Positions 8,716 to 16,207 of a DNA stretch of 21,020 nt are shown here, one piece after another. Both the position numbers and the translations under genes were made by a program. The stretch spans positions 1 through 21,020 of the forward strand of contig CAYRPF010000062.1 in assembly GCA_964426185.1 (NCBI GenBank), read 5' to 3'. Position 1 is the first letter of the stretch. Each line of letters starts with the position of its first letter. The notes below the pieces were generated by a model that saw nothing but the letters and a program-made list of their open reading frames with translations, made no database searches and was not told the origin of the DNA. The DNA is from an uncultured archaeon. Lineage in GTDB: Archaea > Asgardarchaeota > Lokiarchaeia > Sigyniarchaeales > Promethearchaeaceae.

Positions 8716-9357
8716 TTAATGCTTCACTCCTTTTTGTCTTTTTCTAGCAATTGTGCGCCTTATCACCAAGGGGATCATTACAATTACAGAACATACCAAA
8801 GTTGGGACAACTGCTTCTATAATATGATGTTCTGGGTCATACCATGGATGCCCTGAAATTAAAGTCTGAGTAAAGCTACCGTTCATATTGCAATATGCAG
8901 TAACTACAACTAATGTCCATTCAGGGCATTCTATGGTATAATTATAATGAATGATTAGATCTTCAGCTTGGCTTGTATAATTTACTTCTAGTTTTAAAGT
9001 TTTATTCATTTCGTTAAGATCTATCACGTCGAAGACATCTCCTTCTTTAATCTTTATTGTTCCGAATCTTTCGATTTCTCCTTCACCCACAATTTCACGA
9101 CTAGGATCTGATGTGAATTCTTCTATCAATGAATCCGGAAGTTGACAAAATTCAATTTTCACCTTGTTTATGTAATGGCGACTTGAATTTGATATACCAT
9201 GTACAATATAGACGCTTAAGACTTGATCATCTTCATAATACTTAAGATCTATATATCTGGGATCATGGGCGCTAATATTCTTAACACCGGTGGTAAAACT
9301 GATGATCATTATGAAGAACATAAGCGAAACCCATATCTTTTTTTTATTTATTTTCAT
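8716..9357 (-). CDS. Exported, membrane-anchored desulfoferrodoxin/superoxide-reductase-like protein
   Basis: Signal peptide ending ISA|HDP; VH(53)G, RH(61)YI, AYC(156)NMNG (SOR has HYI...YCNxHG). C-terminal TM helix and basic tail. Confidence 0.6.
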   Translation of the reverse strand: MKINKKKIWVSLMFFIMIISFTTGVKNISAHDPRYIDLKYYEDDQVLSVYIVHGISNSSRHYINKVKIEFCQLPDSLIEEFTSDPSREIVGEGEIERFGTIKIKEGDVFDVIDLNEMNKTLKLEVNYTSQAEDLIIHYNYTIECPEWTLVVVTAYCNMNGSFTQTLISGHPWYDPEHHIIEAVVPTLVCSVIVMIPLVIRRTIARKRQKGVKH

Positions 9358-9447
9358 TTTCCTTTCCTGTTTAAATGAATTTTTGTAAATGTTTAAAGTT
9401 GAAATTTATGCTAAATTTCTTACTCTTATTTGTAATTTTGTATTTAT

Positions 9448-9459
9448 CTTATATATAAG
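9448..9459 (-). promoter_or_regulatory. Candidate TATA box for the 5-gene operon
   Basis: Palindromic CTTATATATAAG ~90 bp upstream of ATG 9357, preceded on the minus strand by purine-rich GGTAAAAA (BRE-like). Confidence 0.4.
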
Positions 9460-9844
9460 TATTTTTACCAATTTCTATTCATTCTTCATTTATATTCTCT
9501 CTACTTTATGGATAATAACTATAATAATTACTTCAACCTATGGGGGGGATCTTTGTAGTTTTTTGTAACTTTATTTCTTCTAACTTAAGGAAATGTTATT
9601 ATGCAACAATTTTTACATTTTAATGAATAAAATTGAAGCAAAAATGTTATAATTTAAGGGCGAGAATGAATTTTATAATGGAAAAATGGAAAAAATGGCG
9701 TTAAATCCAAAATCAACACTTAAAGAAAAATTGTAATGAAATCCCAAATGCACAGAATTAACACAAATGTATTTAACCATTAAAATGTCGGTTATTTCTT
9801 GATTTAGATAGATTTTTCAGCAACAAATTAAAATAAGACGTTTC

Positions 9845-9852
9845 TTTATATA
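9845..9852 (+). promoter_or_regulatory. Candidate TATA box for the WD40 gene
   Basis: TTTATATA ~45 bp upstream of ATG 9899. Confidence 0.4.
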
Positions 9853-9898
9853 AGATATTAGAAAATAGAAATAAACAAAATCAAAAGTGGGGATTTTT

Positions 9899-10903
9899 AT
9901 GCGGTTATTAAAGGATAGGTTTCAAAAAGGTATCAGCGAATCAGAAATAATTAGTGTTTCCTTCGAACCTCGCCAGAAATTCGTTGCCAGTTCCGCTTTT
10001 GAAGAACCAGTCCAAGTTTTTCGATATCCATATATGAAATTGTTTAAAAAAATTATCCATCGAGAAAAACTACCGGAAATGAATCAAGAAAATGCACTTA
10101 TTTATATGAAGCAAACTGGGAAAATTGATGAATCGCAATTGGATAAACTAGAAGCAATCCAAAACAACCAACTTAAATTGAAAGGAAGAATTATCACGGC
10201 TTCTTGTATAACTTTCACACCTAACGGTCAATTCTTGGCAATTGGTTACGCTAATGGAGATTTTTTGGTTTACAATACACGCACATGGAAGAAAGTCTTT
10301 GAAAATGAATTTAACTCGAAAATCATCGGAATGCGGTTTTTTAATAAAAATAATGACTTGATTGTAAATCTGGCCAATTGGGAAATTATTTTTCTAAATA
10401 TGACTTCTTGGGAAATTAAGGATGTCAAGCGGGTTTCCACCCAAAACATAGGGGAAATATTAGTTAATGAGAGTAAAACTCTATTGGGTTTAATTGTGGA
10501 TCGAAAACGAATACTACTGATTAATTATAAGGATGAACAAGAACTCTTCAGATTAAAAGCGCATAATTCAGGGATTAACATGATTCGTTTTTCACCAGAT
10601 CAGCAAATGATTGCCAGTTGTGGTAATGATGGAAAAATAAGCCTATTTGATGTCAATACTGGCGAAATTATGACCCATTTGATTGGTCATACTGATGAAG
10701 TTCATGCATTTGCCTTTTCTCCCAAAGGAAATTATTTGGTTTCAAGTTCGGAAGATAATTCCCTTAGATTATGGGATATTCAAACCTTTAAATGTGTTAA
10801 GATAATTAAAAATATCCCAGCGGCCTACACCATGCAAATTCAAGGGCAATATTTAATTTTGGGAAATGTAGAAGGCGGAATAATGATTTTTAAAATGTTT
10901 TAA
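9899..10903 (+). CDS. WD40-repeat beta-propeller protein
   Basis: AHNSGINMIRFSPDQQMIASCGNDGKISLFD; GHTDEVHAFAFSPKGNYLVSSSEDNSLRLWD; ITFTPNGQFLAIG. Start is ATG 9899 or GTG 9887. Confidence 0.9.
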   Translation: MRLLKDRFQKGISESEIISVSFEPRQKFVASSAFEEPVQVFRYPYMKLFKKIIHREKLPEMNQENALIYMKQTGKIDESQLDKLEAIQNNQLKLKGRIITASCITFTPNGQFLAIGYANGDFLVYNTRTWKKVFENEFNSKIIGMRFFNKNNDLIVNLANWEIIFLNMTSWEIKDVKRVSTQNIGEILVNESKTLLGLIVDRKRILLINYKDEQELFRLKAHNSGINMIRFSPDQQMIASCGNDGKISLFDVNTGEIMTHLIGHTDEVHAFAFSPKGNYLVSSSEDNSLRLWDIQTFKCVKIIKNIPAAYTMQIQGQYLILGNVEGGIMIFKMF

Positions 10904-11009
10904 CTTTAGATCTTTATATTTCGCTTCTCCTTGTACATTTTACTGTTAGTAAGCTTTGAAGCAAGCTTTATTGTGAAATATGAGCTAATTATTATGATAA
11001 GTGGTAATT

Positions 11010-12536
11010 ATGGGTAAACAGCAGAAAAGAAAGAAATCTCATCTAAAGAAAGAAGTGATCTCTAAATCAAAATTACAAAAACAGCAAATAGAAGAAAAAC
11101 GTGCAGAAACAGAAATTACAAAGCACAATCCATTCAAATTTTCTGCTAAAAATAGCCTAAAACCCGGAAAAATTAATGATATATTCCAAATTGATTTTGA
11201 TTTTCCTTCCAATTCTTTCCTTTTTAACGAGAAATTTAATTTTAAAGTTCGGTTAACCCTTGCTGGAAAATTTCGAAGCGGTGAAACATATTTTTATAAA
11301 TTATATTATGTATCACACCAGTCACAACGTTTCATTTTAAATTATGGAAAAAAAAAATTAAAAAGGGAGTTAAAAATAAAAAAAACCTTTCAATTTTCAC
11401 CCAAATATCCTCCAAGTCCATTGATTCATTTTGAATTAGAACTCTATTCCAATAACATTCTGGTAAAAACATTTTCTTCAGAAGAAATCATAGTTGATAT
11501 GTCTGACGCAGAACAAAAAATCAAGATTCATGAAATATCTTTCTTTTCTTCGGTGTTAATCCCCGAAAACCCCTTTGTTTTTTGGATCCATGCCAGTTCT
11601 TACCCCCTTCCTGAAGCAGTTTCTCTTTCAGTTCATTTTCAACTTCTGGATCATCGCCTATTATTATCAGAAGCATCGTTTCCCCTTAAAATTGGGGGAC
11701 CTAATGCAGATCACAATTTGGTTGCAAAGTACCCCTTTCAAGTAGTCATACCTGCCATGGAGAATAAGGACAAACGGTTGAAAATTAAGGTGGAGATTCT
11801 TGATTCCCAAAAACAATCGGTACTGTTTTCTCAAAAAGAATCACTACCCATGGAAATATCACTAACGGGTCTAAAAATTGAGCACGTAGGATATAAACGT
11901 GATATCCCACTTGGTGAAATCGCTTATATGTTGGGAGATATTGTTAATAAAACACCCTATGAAATTAAAGGCAGGGCAAAATTTATTTTTTTCACCACTT
12001 CTGGGGACAATGTTCTGTGTTTTGACCGTAAATTCAAGATTCCGGAAAAACAATATGAAAAATTGTCGGAGGATGTTCCTTTACTAGAATTTTTAGGCGG
12101 TAAACAATATTGGGTGCACTGTTTGATAAAAATAAAGGCTAATGGAATTTCTTATCGTCTTGAATCAATTTCAGAACCCCGTTTTGCCGTAATATCAAAG
12201 ATGCCCTCTTTTTTCGCAAAATTGCGGGCTAATTTACCCAAAGAACCTCTTAAAATTAATCAAATAATTCCAGTGGGTATTGACACCCGTATTCGCGCGG
12301 AAAATGAGTTTAATCCAGTTTACTGCGAAATATATGAAAATTACGAAAATATCAGAAATAGGAAATTATTCCGATTCAAAATAAAGAATTTTGAAGCAGA
12401 TCGTTCCAAATTTCACTGGAAAATTCCAGCACAATATGGAAAATATGTACTTCAAGTACGATTTTGGTATAAATACACAAAGATTGATTCCGCGAATATT
12501 GAAAGCAACAAATTAGAATTTACCATCTTTCCGTAG
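11010..12536 (+). CDS. Hypothetical protein, Lys-rich N-terminus followed by beta-rich (possibly Ig-like) domains
   Basis: Long ORF with alternating hydrophobic/polar strand patterns, no signal peptide or TM. Start is ATG 11010 or GTG 11001. Confidence 0.75.
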   Translation: MGKQQKRKKSHLKKEVISKSKLQKQQIEEKRAETEITKHNPFKFSAKNSLKPGKINDIFQIDFDFPSNSFLFNEKFNFKVRLTLAGKFRSGETYFYKLYYVSHQSQRFILNYGKKKLKRELKIKKTFQFSPKYPPSPLIHFELELYSNNILVKTFSSEEIIVDMSDAEQKIKIHEISFFSSVLIPENPFVFWIHASSYPLPEAVSLSVHFQLLDHRLLLSEASFPLKIGGPNADHNLVAKYPFQVVIPAMENKDKRLKIKVEILDSQKQSVLFSQKESLPMEISLTGLKIEHVGYKRDIPLGEIAYMLGDIVNKTPYEIKGRAKFIFFTTSGDNVLCFDRKFKIPEKQYEKLSEDVPLLEFLGGKQYWVHCLIKIKANGISYRLESISEPRFAVISKMPSFFAKLRANLPKEPLKINQIIPVGIDTRIRAENEFNPVYCEIYENYENIRNRKLFRFKIKNFEADRSKFHWKIPAQYGKYVLQVRFWYKYTKIDSANIESNKLEFTIFP

Positions 12537-12574
12537 TAAAGTGTAAATTGAATCGCTTCCTTTTTTTTCTTAGG

Positions 12575-12946
12575 ATGACAGATCCCACCGCACTTGGATT
12601 TCATTATTTAATTGAACTGTATGAATGTAACCCCACCAAAATTCAAGATGGGGATTGGTTAGAAGACTTAATGACAAAAACTGTCCAAAAAAGCCAAGCA
12701 CATGAAATTGGCCGCGTATTTCATCGATTTTCACCCCATGGTGTCAGTGGTGTGGTTTTAATCTCCGAATCTCATTTTTCCATCCATACTTGGCCGGAAC
12801 ATCAATATATCGCGGTGGATTTATTCACTTGTTCCGCAGAAACAAATGTTTCAGGCGCTTATGCCTATTTGATTAAGGAATTAGAAGCTAAACGCTATTC
12901 AATCACTGAAATAAAACGTGGTATCGAGATTAACCTGAGCTCATAA
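12575..12946 (+). CDS. speD: S-adenosylmethionine decarboxylase proenzyme (pyruvoyl, short class 1B type)
   Basis: LGFHYLIELYEC, FSPHGVSGVVLISESH (E|S autocleavage site), HTWPE, DLFTC. Start moved to ATG 12575. Confidence 0.88.
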   Translation: MTDPTALGFHYLIELYECNPTKIQDGDWLEDLMTKTVQKSQAHEIGRVFHRFSPHGVSGVVLISESHFSIHTWPEHQYIAVDLFTCSAETNVSGAYAYLIKELEAKRYSITEIKRGIEINLSS

Positions 12947-12978
12947 AAATTTTAAACACTAAAAATGTTATTTTTCTT

Positions 12979-13185
12979 ATGCCATCGATTATTATAGAAG
13001 GACCAATTCTGCATGATTTGGACCAAAAGCGTGAATTGGTAAAGAAAATCACCGAGATCGCTGAAGAAATATATCATGTTGATAAATCACACATTACTAT
13101 TACCATCCGTGGATATCCTCCCGAGGACGTAGGCGTGGGAGGAGTTCTAATCAGTGATCTAAGAGCCAGACGAAATTCCTCTTAG
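12979..13185 (+). CDS. 4-oxalocrotonate tautomerase family protein (archaeal DmpI-like)
   Basis: Catalytic Pro after Met, DQKRELVKKIT, C-terminal VGVGGVLISD, 68 aa. Confidence 0.85.
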   Translation: MPSIIIEGPILHDLDQKRELVKKITEIAEEIYHVDKSHITITIRGYPPEDVGVGGVLISDLRARRNSS

Positions 13186-13261
13186 TTGTATTAATAATGC
13201 GCCCATTGTCGATTATTGACTTTTTTTACGATTTTTCTTAGCCGATTCATTCTCATCTCAA

Positions 13262-13291
13262 ACCCCTTTTGCCATTTACCCCTTTTGCCAT
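13262..13291 (+). repeat. 14-bp direct repeat ACCCCTTTTGCCAT x2
   Basis: Exact copies at 13262-13275 and 13278-13291 in an intergenic region. Confidence 0.85.
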
Positions 13292-13368
13292 GCAAAAACA
13301 AGTGCTTTTTAAAGCATTGAAACAAAAAAAATACATTTATTATGGTTTATGTCCAAATTTAATCAACG

Positions 13369-13629
13369 ATGAGCGAAACCAAGTGCACCTTGACCAACAA
13401 CCTAATCGAAGGTTTTTTATACGAAATCTTAGATGAATGGAAAGATCTCGACACAATCATTAAAGCACTCCACGAACGATTTGGAGATGATGTATGCGTT
13501 CCTTCTGATCTATCCAAGAGCGGTGAACCAAGATATATCAGCAAAGTTAAAAAAACACTCGAGCGAGGTAAAAGAAATAATATCTATGTGTTTGATGAAG
13601 CCACTCAACGATATAAAAATAATCAATAA
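13369..13629 (+). CDS. Small hypothetical protein, possible winged-helix (Mrr N-terminal-like) domain
   Basis: ATG-started 86-aa ORF. Helical pattern with SGEPRYISKVKKTL followed by a short beta-hairpin-like end (IYVFDEATQRYK). Confidence 0.6.
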   Translation: MSETKCTLTNNLIEGFLYEILDEWKDLDTIIKALHERFGDDVCVPSDLSKSGEPRYISKVKKTLERGKRNNIYVFDEATQRYKNNQ

Positions 13630-13690
13630 TGCACCTTTTGAAAAAATTCGCTGTTTTTTATCCTCCTTGTAATTTGATTAGCGAATTTCA

Positions 13691-13972
13691 ATGTTACCAA
13701 TTATCACCACTATTCAAGAACAAGAAAACAACAATTTATTTGAAAAAAAAAACGACAATTCCAACCCCATTTATACAAGCATGGTAAAATGCCCAATGTG
13801 CCACCAAAATTTAACATACCATATCTCAAATACAACTTTCTGCAAAATACGCAATTTCCCCTCCCCACATGCACTTATCCATGGAGAACCCTCTCACGCT
13901 TTAATTATTTATCTGGATCAAAATAGGAAAATTCGTGCCTTCGAAATTGCTAATTCAGTAGAAATTCTCTAA
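13691..13972 (+). CDS. Small hypothetical protein with CxxC and His pair (putative metal-binding domain)
   Basis: VKCPMCH...HALIHGEPSHALIIYLDQNRKIRAFE. Confidence 0.65.
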   Translation: MLPIITTIQEQENNNLFEKKNDNSNPIYTSMVKCPMCHQNLTYHISNTTFCKIRNFPSPHALIHGEPSHALIIYLDQNRKIRAFEIANSVEIL

Positions 13973-14139
13973 AATTTATTTTATGAAAAACGATAAGTAA
14001 CCATCCCACTCTCTTCCCCCAAGAGCAATCCAAAATATTTTTGTGTTAAATCTCATTTACATACACACGACCTTACCTAGAATGACGGGTCATTCCCGCC
14101 ATCCAAGAGTAAAGTAACCATTTCAACGAGGTTATCATT

Positions 14140-14334
14140 ATGGGAGATTACAAAGTTATTATTGATTTCGATGCCTGCACTGGCTGTGGTGAATGCTTTT
14201 CCGTTTGCCCAAGTGAAGTGTATGATGAACCTGTGAACGGAAAGACGGTGGTAGCTCGAGAAGATGATTGTGTTGGCTGCCAAGCATGTGTCTCCGCCTG
14301 TCCAGAAGAAGCTATCACTATTGAAGAAAACTAA
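14140..14334 (+). CDS. 2[4Fe-4S] ferredoxin
   Basis: CTGCGECFSVCP and CVGCQACVSACP, acidic, 64 aa. GAGGT RBS at 14128-14132. Confidence 0.95.
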   Translation: MGDYKVIIDFDACTGCGECFSVCPSEVYDEPVNGKTVVAREDDCVGCQACVSACPEEAITIEEN

Positions 14335-14428
14335 AGTAATGAAATTTTTTTGGGATTTGTATATTTCAAATTTTTTTTAATTATTTTCTTTTCATGCAAA
14401 ACTCCATTACTAAAAAACAAGAAAAAAA

Positions 14429-14770
14429 TTAGAGATTTGCTTTTTCTGGAGGACATCCGTATTGATCTCGCACTTTACAGCGATCTCGAGTGGATGAGCC
14501 TTCACAATCGGCACATTCAACTTCACGAAGCATGTTAAGTATTTCGTCATTTGAGCGGGGTTTAACATCGCTATCATCGGCTAACATTTCATCTTCCATT
14601 TCTTCTAGATCTTCTTCAAAACCATCGGGGCCATCTTCTTCTTCATCGATTTCATCGTCCTCGATAGGTGCCTTTTTAGGCTTTGATTTAGCTCCAGTTT
14701 TCTTGGTAGATTTCTTTGCAGCGGCGGTGCGCTTAGTTTTCTTCGCGCCTGTAGTTTTCTTTTTCGCCAT
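14429..14770 (-). CDS. Small protein: Lys/Ala/Thr-rich N-tail, Asp/Glu tract, C-terminal Cys4 motif
   Basis: MAKKKTTGAKKTKRTAAAKKSTKK..., EDDEIDEEED..., C-x2-C-x8-C-x7-C-PP. T-rich tract after the stop. Confidence 0.8.
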   Translation of the reverse strand: MAKKKTTGAKKTKRTAAAKKSTKKTGAKSKPKKAPIEDDEIDEEEDGPDGFEEDLEEMEDEMLADDSDVKPRSNDEILNMLREVECADCEGSSTRDRCKVRDQYGCPPEKANL

Positions 14771-14969
14771 ATATGATGTTATTTAAATAATCAAAAAAAG
14801 TTTTGCCTTTCGATCGGTGTATCTGAATAGGATAAATAACACACACATGCTCTACTTTGCTCTAATTTCGATTCTTAAGTGCATTTTGCTAAAAAAAACC
14901 CTTAAAGCTCATATTTTTTACTTGAAATTAGAAAAAGAGCAAGGAAATAAAAAAAGAAAAATAGCCTAT

Positions 14970-16061
14970 TTAGACATCCAAATGTAGAACTTTCTGATTA
15001 CGCGTTGCTCCAGCCGCATAACCACGATCTTTTTGGAATTTACGGCGCAAAGACTGAAATACCAAATCAAGAGGAATGTTCATTGGACAATTTGTTGCGC
15101 ATCGCCCGCATTCAACACAAGTATCACCCACATGAGTAAATCGGGTCGTGATGAACATGACAGGATCCATGGTTTTCGCTTTCACTTGCGCGGTCAAATT
15201 GCAAACTGTACAATAACATACTGCGCAAGATTTTACGCAAATCCCACAACCTGTACACTTGGTTAATAGCATAAACCGATCTTCATCGGCTAAAAATGCA
15301 TCTAAATCTTTTTCACGTTTGGCTGCGCATCTATCGATGATATTTTGGGCGATATTTTCGTATTTTTCGCCAAGTGCTGCATCGATTGCTTTGGAATCCC
15401 ACCCTAAATTCTTAATAACATTTCGAGCCCGATCGGATTGAGGGGTTAAAATGTAGTTTTCCGCATCTTCAGAGACGCTGTAGGTACTCAATAAGAAATC
15501 TGCCAGCGAATGGCTTTTTTCAACACAGCGGGTGCAGTTTCCGGCCACATTGAAACTATCTGAGAGTTTTTCTTTTTTCAAAGAACCATCTTTCATATGA
15601 AGAATAAATTCTGTTTCGGTGAGTTTCTCGCTTAAAATTGCAGATTCATCGATTTTTTCCTTTTTGAACCATTTTCTCAACAGTTTATTGGGAAGATAAC
15701 CCATGTCGTGAAAACCAATCAAGAACAGATTTTCCCACTTCAGTTGTTTTTTCTTCTCCAGTTCAACCATGGCTCTTATATCGCACGCTCGTGCTACCAC
15801 TGCTACGGAAATATCTAAGGCTTTTTTGGTATGCAAAAGTGTATTTGCAGCAGAATCGGTGCGGGTATAGCCGTATGTTAGCAATTGGCTTAAAGGGAAA
15901 TTTTCAAGTTTCTTAGGATCAGAAACAAATTCCGGCACTATCGCATAGCGATTTTTCTTTTCGACGCCCGAAAGGACTTCAGAAACATAGCTTTTTTCCA
16001 GCAAATAAGAAAGTAATTGTATGAATTCCGGTTTAGTAATTGAATATCGTGTGAGGGACAT
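14970..16061 (-). CDS. FdhB/FrhB-like (F420-dependent dehydrogenase beta subunit family) protein with C-terminal 4Fe-4S motifs
   Basis: VAVVARACDIRAMVEL..LIG, NCTRC, ADF, CTGCGICVKSCAVCYCTVC, HVGDTCVECGRCATNCPMNIPL. Start is ATG 16061 or GTG 16079. Confidence 0.82.
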   Translation of the reverse strand: MSLTRYSITKPEFIQLLSYLLEKSYVSEVLSGVEKKNRYAIVPEFVSDPKKLENFPLSQLLTYGYTRTDSAANTLLHTKKALDISVAVVARACDIRAMVELEKKKQLKWENLFLIGFHDMGYLPNKLLRKWFKKEKIDESAILSEKLTETEFILHMKDGSLKKEKLSDSFNVAGNCTRCVEKSHSLADFLLSTYSVSEDAENYILTPQSDRARNVIKNLGWDSKAIDAALGEKYENIAQNIIDRCAAKREKDLDAFLADEDRFMLLTKCTGCGICVKSCAVCYCTVCNLTAQVKAKTMDPVMFITTRFTHVGDTCVECGRCATNCPMNIPLDLVFQSLRRKFQKDRGYAAGATRNQKVLHLDV

Positions 16062-16207
16062 GATGTAGGTAATCTCCACGTCGATGTAATTGGAAATTGG
16101 ATAATTAAACGAACTATAAGCAGATCAATATGGGATGAATTATGAATGTTTGCTACCCCCTTTACCCGATCAATAACCTACGATAGTAATGCAATTTATT
16201 CTCACAA

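Noticed and set aside
5981-8856. Plus-strand ORFs 5981-6241, 7244-7441 and 8623-8856
   Set aside because: Short antisense shadows of well-supported minus-strand genes, with no motifs.
9358-9886. Hidden gene or ncRNA in the ~530-bp AT-rich spacer (includes an AATGG/AAAAATGG triple repeat near 9677-9698)
   Set aside because: Only very short ORFs were noticed and no GC-rich stems. Consistent with a divergent promoter region.
11871-12087. ORFs 11871-12053 (-) and 11899-12087 (+)
   Set aside because: Nested within the 511-aa gene, with no supporting features.
13359-13672. ORFs 13359-13544 (-) and 13433-13672 (+)
   Set aside because: Overlap the more protein-like 13369-13629 ORF.
14077-15441. 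ORFs 14077-14283, 14350-14538, 14490-14786, 15033-15266 and 15259-15441
   Set aside because: Antisense shadows. The Ser-rich 14490-14786 ORF simply mirrors the Glu/Asp codons of the real gene.
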